The notes under the pieces: generated by a model
Databases searched by the model: none
What the model saw: the letters and a program-made list of their open reading frames with translations, nothing else
Told to the model about the DNA's origin: nothing
DNA from: Nitrosopumilus sp.
Lineage (GTDB): Archaea; Thermoproteota; Nitrososphaeria; Nitrososphaerales; Nitrosopumilaceae
DNA: 64,000 nucleotides
NCBI GenBank assembly: GCA_965224195.1
Contig: OZ245040.1
Location: forward strand, 1,984,001-2,048,000
Direction of reading: 5' to 3'
Shown here: positions 61,548 through 64,000 of the stretch, one piece after another
How positions within the stretch are numbered: position 1 is the first letter of the stretch
Layout of the letters: each line of letters begins with the position of its first letter
Position numbers and translations under genes: made by a program

Positions 61548-63260
61548 CTAGTATTTCCTCTCCACTGGCTGATACTTGGTAATTGTGACTGGATGTGTTT
61601 TCATTATTGGTTCGTTTGGATCATAATAAGCAAGAGTATGATGTAAAAAGTTAGCATCATCACGTTTTGGATAATCAGTTCTTGCATGAGCTCCGCGAGA
61701 TTCTTTTCTATTAATTGCACCAAGCAAGACAATCTCGGCTACTCTAAACATAGAGTCAAGCTCCATCACATTTGCAAAATTGGTGTTGTACTCTTTTGCT
61801 TTATCATCCACATGTTTCCAAGTCTGTTTCTTTAAATCTCGAATTGTTTTAAGACCTTCAATCAGATTGGTTTCATTTTTGTAGACATATGCTTTATCAT
61901 TCATTGTGTCAGTAAGCTGTTGTCTAATTTCATATGGATTAACATCACCACTTCCTCTAAAGATTCCATCATAGATTCTCTTTTCTTCAGCTGTAACCAT
62001 ATGATGTGGCCAAGGATTTGTTTGTGGGTTATTTTGTATATAGTCAATTGCTAATTCGCCTGTGATTTTACCCCAAACAATACATTCAGACGTCGAATTT
62101 GCCCCTAAACGATTAGAACCATGAGCACTGTTACATGCGGCCTCTCCTGCAGCCCAAACTCCTTGAATTTCAGTTGCACCATCAATGTCAGTATGTAGTC
62201 CACCCATCATGTAATGGCATACAGGTCTAATGTCAAGTAAATCCGTTGCAGGATCTTGACCTGAAAATTTAATAGATATTTCTCTAATTCCACCTAATTT
62301 TTCTTTGATTTTTTCATCACCAAGATGTCGTAAATCAAGTTTCATACAATCCTCACCAGTTTCATGTTTGAATCCTCGGCCTTCTTGAATTTCAGTCATT
62401 ATTGATCTTGATACAATATCACGTGGAGCTAATTCCATTTTACCTGCTGCATATGTTTTCATAAATCGTTCACCCTTGTTGTTAAGAAGATAACCGCCTT
62501 CGCCTCTTGCACCCTCAGTGATTAGAATGCCAGACGGTAAAATTCCAGTTGGATGGAATTGAACAAACTCCATGTCTTTGAGTGCCATACCAGCACGTAA
62601 TCCCATATCCAAGCCATCAGGAGTTGAAGAAAGAGCATAAGTAGAAAAGCTGTATAATCTTCCAGCACCGCCAGTTGCAATGATGAGAGCTTTTCCTCTG
62701 ATAGTGTAAAAATTACCAGAGCCTAATTCAATTGCAGTGACACCCATGAATCGTTTACCATCATGAATAATTGATGTAACAAACCATTCGTTAAGATATT
62801 CAATATTCTCAAATTTTTGACATGTATCATACAAAGTTTGCATTTCAAAGAAACCGACTTTATCAGATGCATATGTTGCTCTAGGAAAACTATAGCCTCC
62901 AAAGTTTCGTTGATCAATTCTTCCATCCTTTCGTCTTGACCATGGCATTCCCCAATGATCTAATTGATGAATTTCTTGTGGCATTTCAACACAGAGTCTT
63001 TCAGCAACATCTTGGTCTGCAAGAAAGTCACTTCCTTTTACAGTATCATAAACATGAGATTCAATAGTATCACCCTCATCCTCAAAAAGAACTGCAGCAG
63101 TTCCACCTTCTGCTGAAACAGAATGAGAGCGCATTACTTGGACTTTGGAGACAACTCCAATTTTGAGATGAGGTCCTTTTTTTGCAGCGGCAATGGCTGC
63201 TCGCAGGCCTGCTAATCCAGAGCCACAAATGATCAAGTCAAACTCTATGGAATCTGCCAT
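61548..63260 (-). CDS. sdhA: Succinate dehydrogenase flavoprotein
   Basis: GSGLAG, RSHSVSAEGG, QFHPT, HGSNRLG, ESRGAH. Confidence 0.96.
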   Translation of the reverse strand: MADSIEFDLIICGSGLAGLRAAIAAAKKGPHLKIGVVSKVQVMRSHSVSAEGGTAAVLFEDEGDTIESHVYDTVKGSDFLADQDVAERLCVEMPQEIHQLDHWGMPWSRRKDGRIDQRNFGGYSFPRATYASDKVGFFEMQTLYDTCQKFENIEYLNEWFVTSIIHDGKRFMGVTAIELGSGNFYTIRGKALIIATGGAGRLYSFSTYALSSTPDGLDMGLRAGMALKDMEFVQFHPTGILPSGILITEGARGEGGYLLNNKGERFMKTYAAGKMELAPRDIVSRSIMTEIQEGRGFKHETGEDCMKLDLRHLGDEKIKEKLGGIREISIKFSGQDPATDLLDIRPVCHYMMGGLHTDIDGATEIQGVWAAGEAACNSAHGSNRLGANSTSECIVWGKITGELAIDYIQNNPQTNPWPHHMVTAEEKRIYDGIFRGSGDVNPYEIRQQLTDTMNDKAYVYKNETNLIEGLKTIRDLKKQTWKHVDDKAKEYNTNFANVMELDSMFRVAEIVLLGAINRKESRGAHARTDYPKRDDANFLHHTLAYYDPNEPIMKTHPVTITKYQPVERKY

Positions 63261-63815
63261 TTTTCAATCAAACTTGCTTTAGGCTGGATAAATATGTAAT
63301 AGTTGGTAGGCATGATCCAAATTACGTCATGAAACGGCCGGTTCTTCTCGTGCCACAGAATGGCTGATATGTCCTGCTATTAATTCCAATTTTCAGCTAG
63401 AAAATTCATCAGATTTTCATCACCAATCTGGCCAAGCAACTGACTTTTTTGGTTTAAAAAACATCATTCTAGGCTGTTGCTGTAATTGTTGATACTGCTT
63501 ATCGCAAACTGAAATGAGTATCGTCCATCCTGTCCTTCAATGTTGCAAGGGGTATTTTTCTATCAACATCGTAATATTGTATGTATCTGGCATAATTTTA
63601 TCTACTTCATGTAAAGCCAAGACTGAAAACTTGATCTGTTCATGTATAAGACTTTAATATTATCCATAAAATCTGATTTTCCATCCATCATTGCCTCTTG
63701 AACTTTAGGCCAAAAATGTTCTCGAATTGCACCTAATGGAAAACTATGATTTTCTGTTGCTCAAAACGCTAATTCTGCATTGAAAATGGAATATAAAATT
63801 ATTTGCAATAGAATG

Positions 63816-63927
63816 CTGTAGCAATTTCTTAAATTGACAAAGATGCTTTTTAGCAGTCCAATTGCCTTTACATCGTCTGTCCACTGGTCCTGTAGCAATT
63901 TCTTAAATTGGCAAAGATGCTTTTTAG
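63816..63927. repeat. Two 38-bp direct repeats (1 mismatch) separated by 36 bp; CRISPR-like unit
   Basis: CTGTAGCAATTTCTTAAATTG(A/G)CAAAGATGCTTTTTAG at 63816-63853 and 63890-63927. Confidence 0.8.
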
Positions 63928-64000
63928 ATTCAAGTGTATAACAATGCTAGTGTTCAATAGAAAGAAAACATCGATGTGAAAAAAATAAAAAGAACCGATC

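Noticed and set aside
359-62926. Numerous short antisense or nested ORFs in the track (e.g. 821..1033, 8018..8305, 20568..20963, 43201..43557, 55733..56137)
   Set aside because: Shadow frames of well-supported genes, with no motifs

Overview
AT-rich archaeal chromosomal segment, most likely from a Nitrosopumilus-like ammonia-oxidising thaumarchaeon. The evidence is IPxWIKNNAxWW C-terminal repeats, a stand-alone 5S rRNA, an 11-subunit complex I without nuoEFG, the acetyl/propionyl-CoA carboxylase of the 3HP/4HB cycle and a transketolase-Rpe fusion. Most of the window is intact housekeeping DNA: non-oxidative pentose phosphate genes, pepA, ABCE1, nuo, acc, hemA, argH, sdh and five tRNAs. There are three accessory regions. 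(1) A decayed patch at about 3.66-7.27 kb, next to tRNA-His, holds IS5 and other gene remnants. (2) A 13-kb element integrated at tRNA-Asp (44841-57939, 19-bp att repeat) has an intact tyrosine integrase, a second nonsense-mutated tyrosine recombinase, a frameshifted AEP-PriX primase and P-loop ATPase, a TGACACG iteron-like cluster, many tiny Zn/Cys-rich ORFs and an IS5 inserted in its probable regulator. It also carries a non-coding module of loxP-geometry palindromes inside about 120-bp direct repeats. (3) A degraded stretch at the right end contains a CRISPR-like repeat-spacer-repeat unit. All calls come from manual reading of the sequence; no database searches were run.
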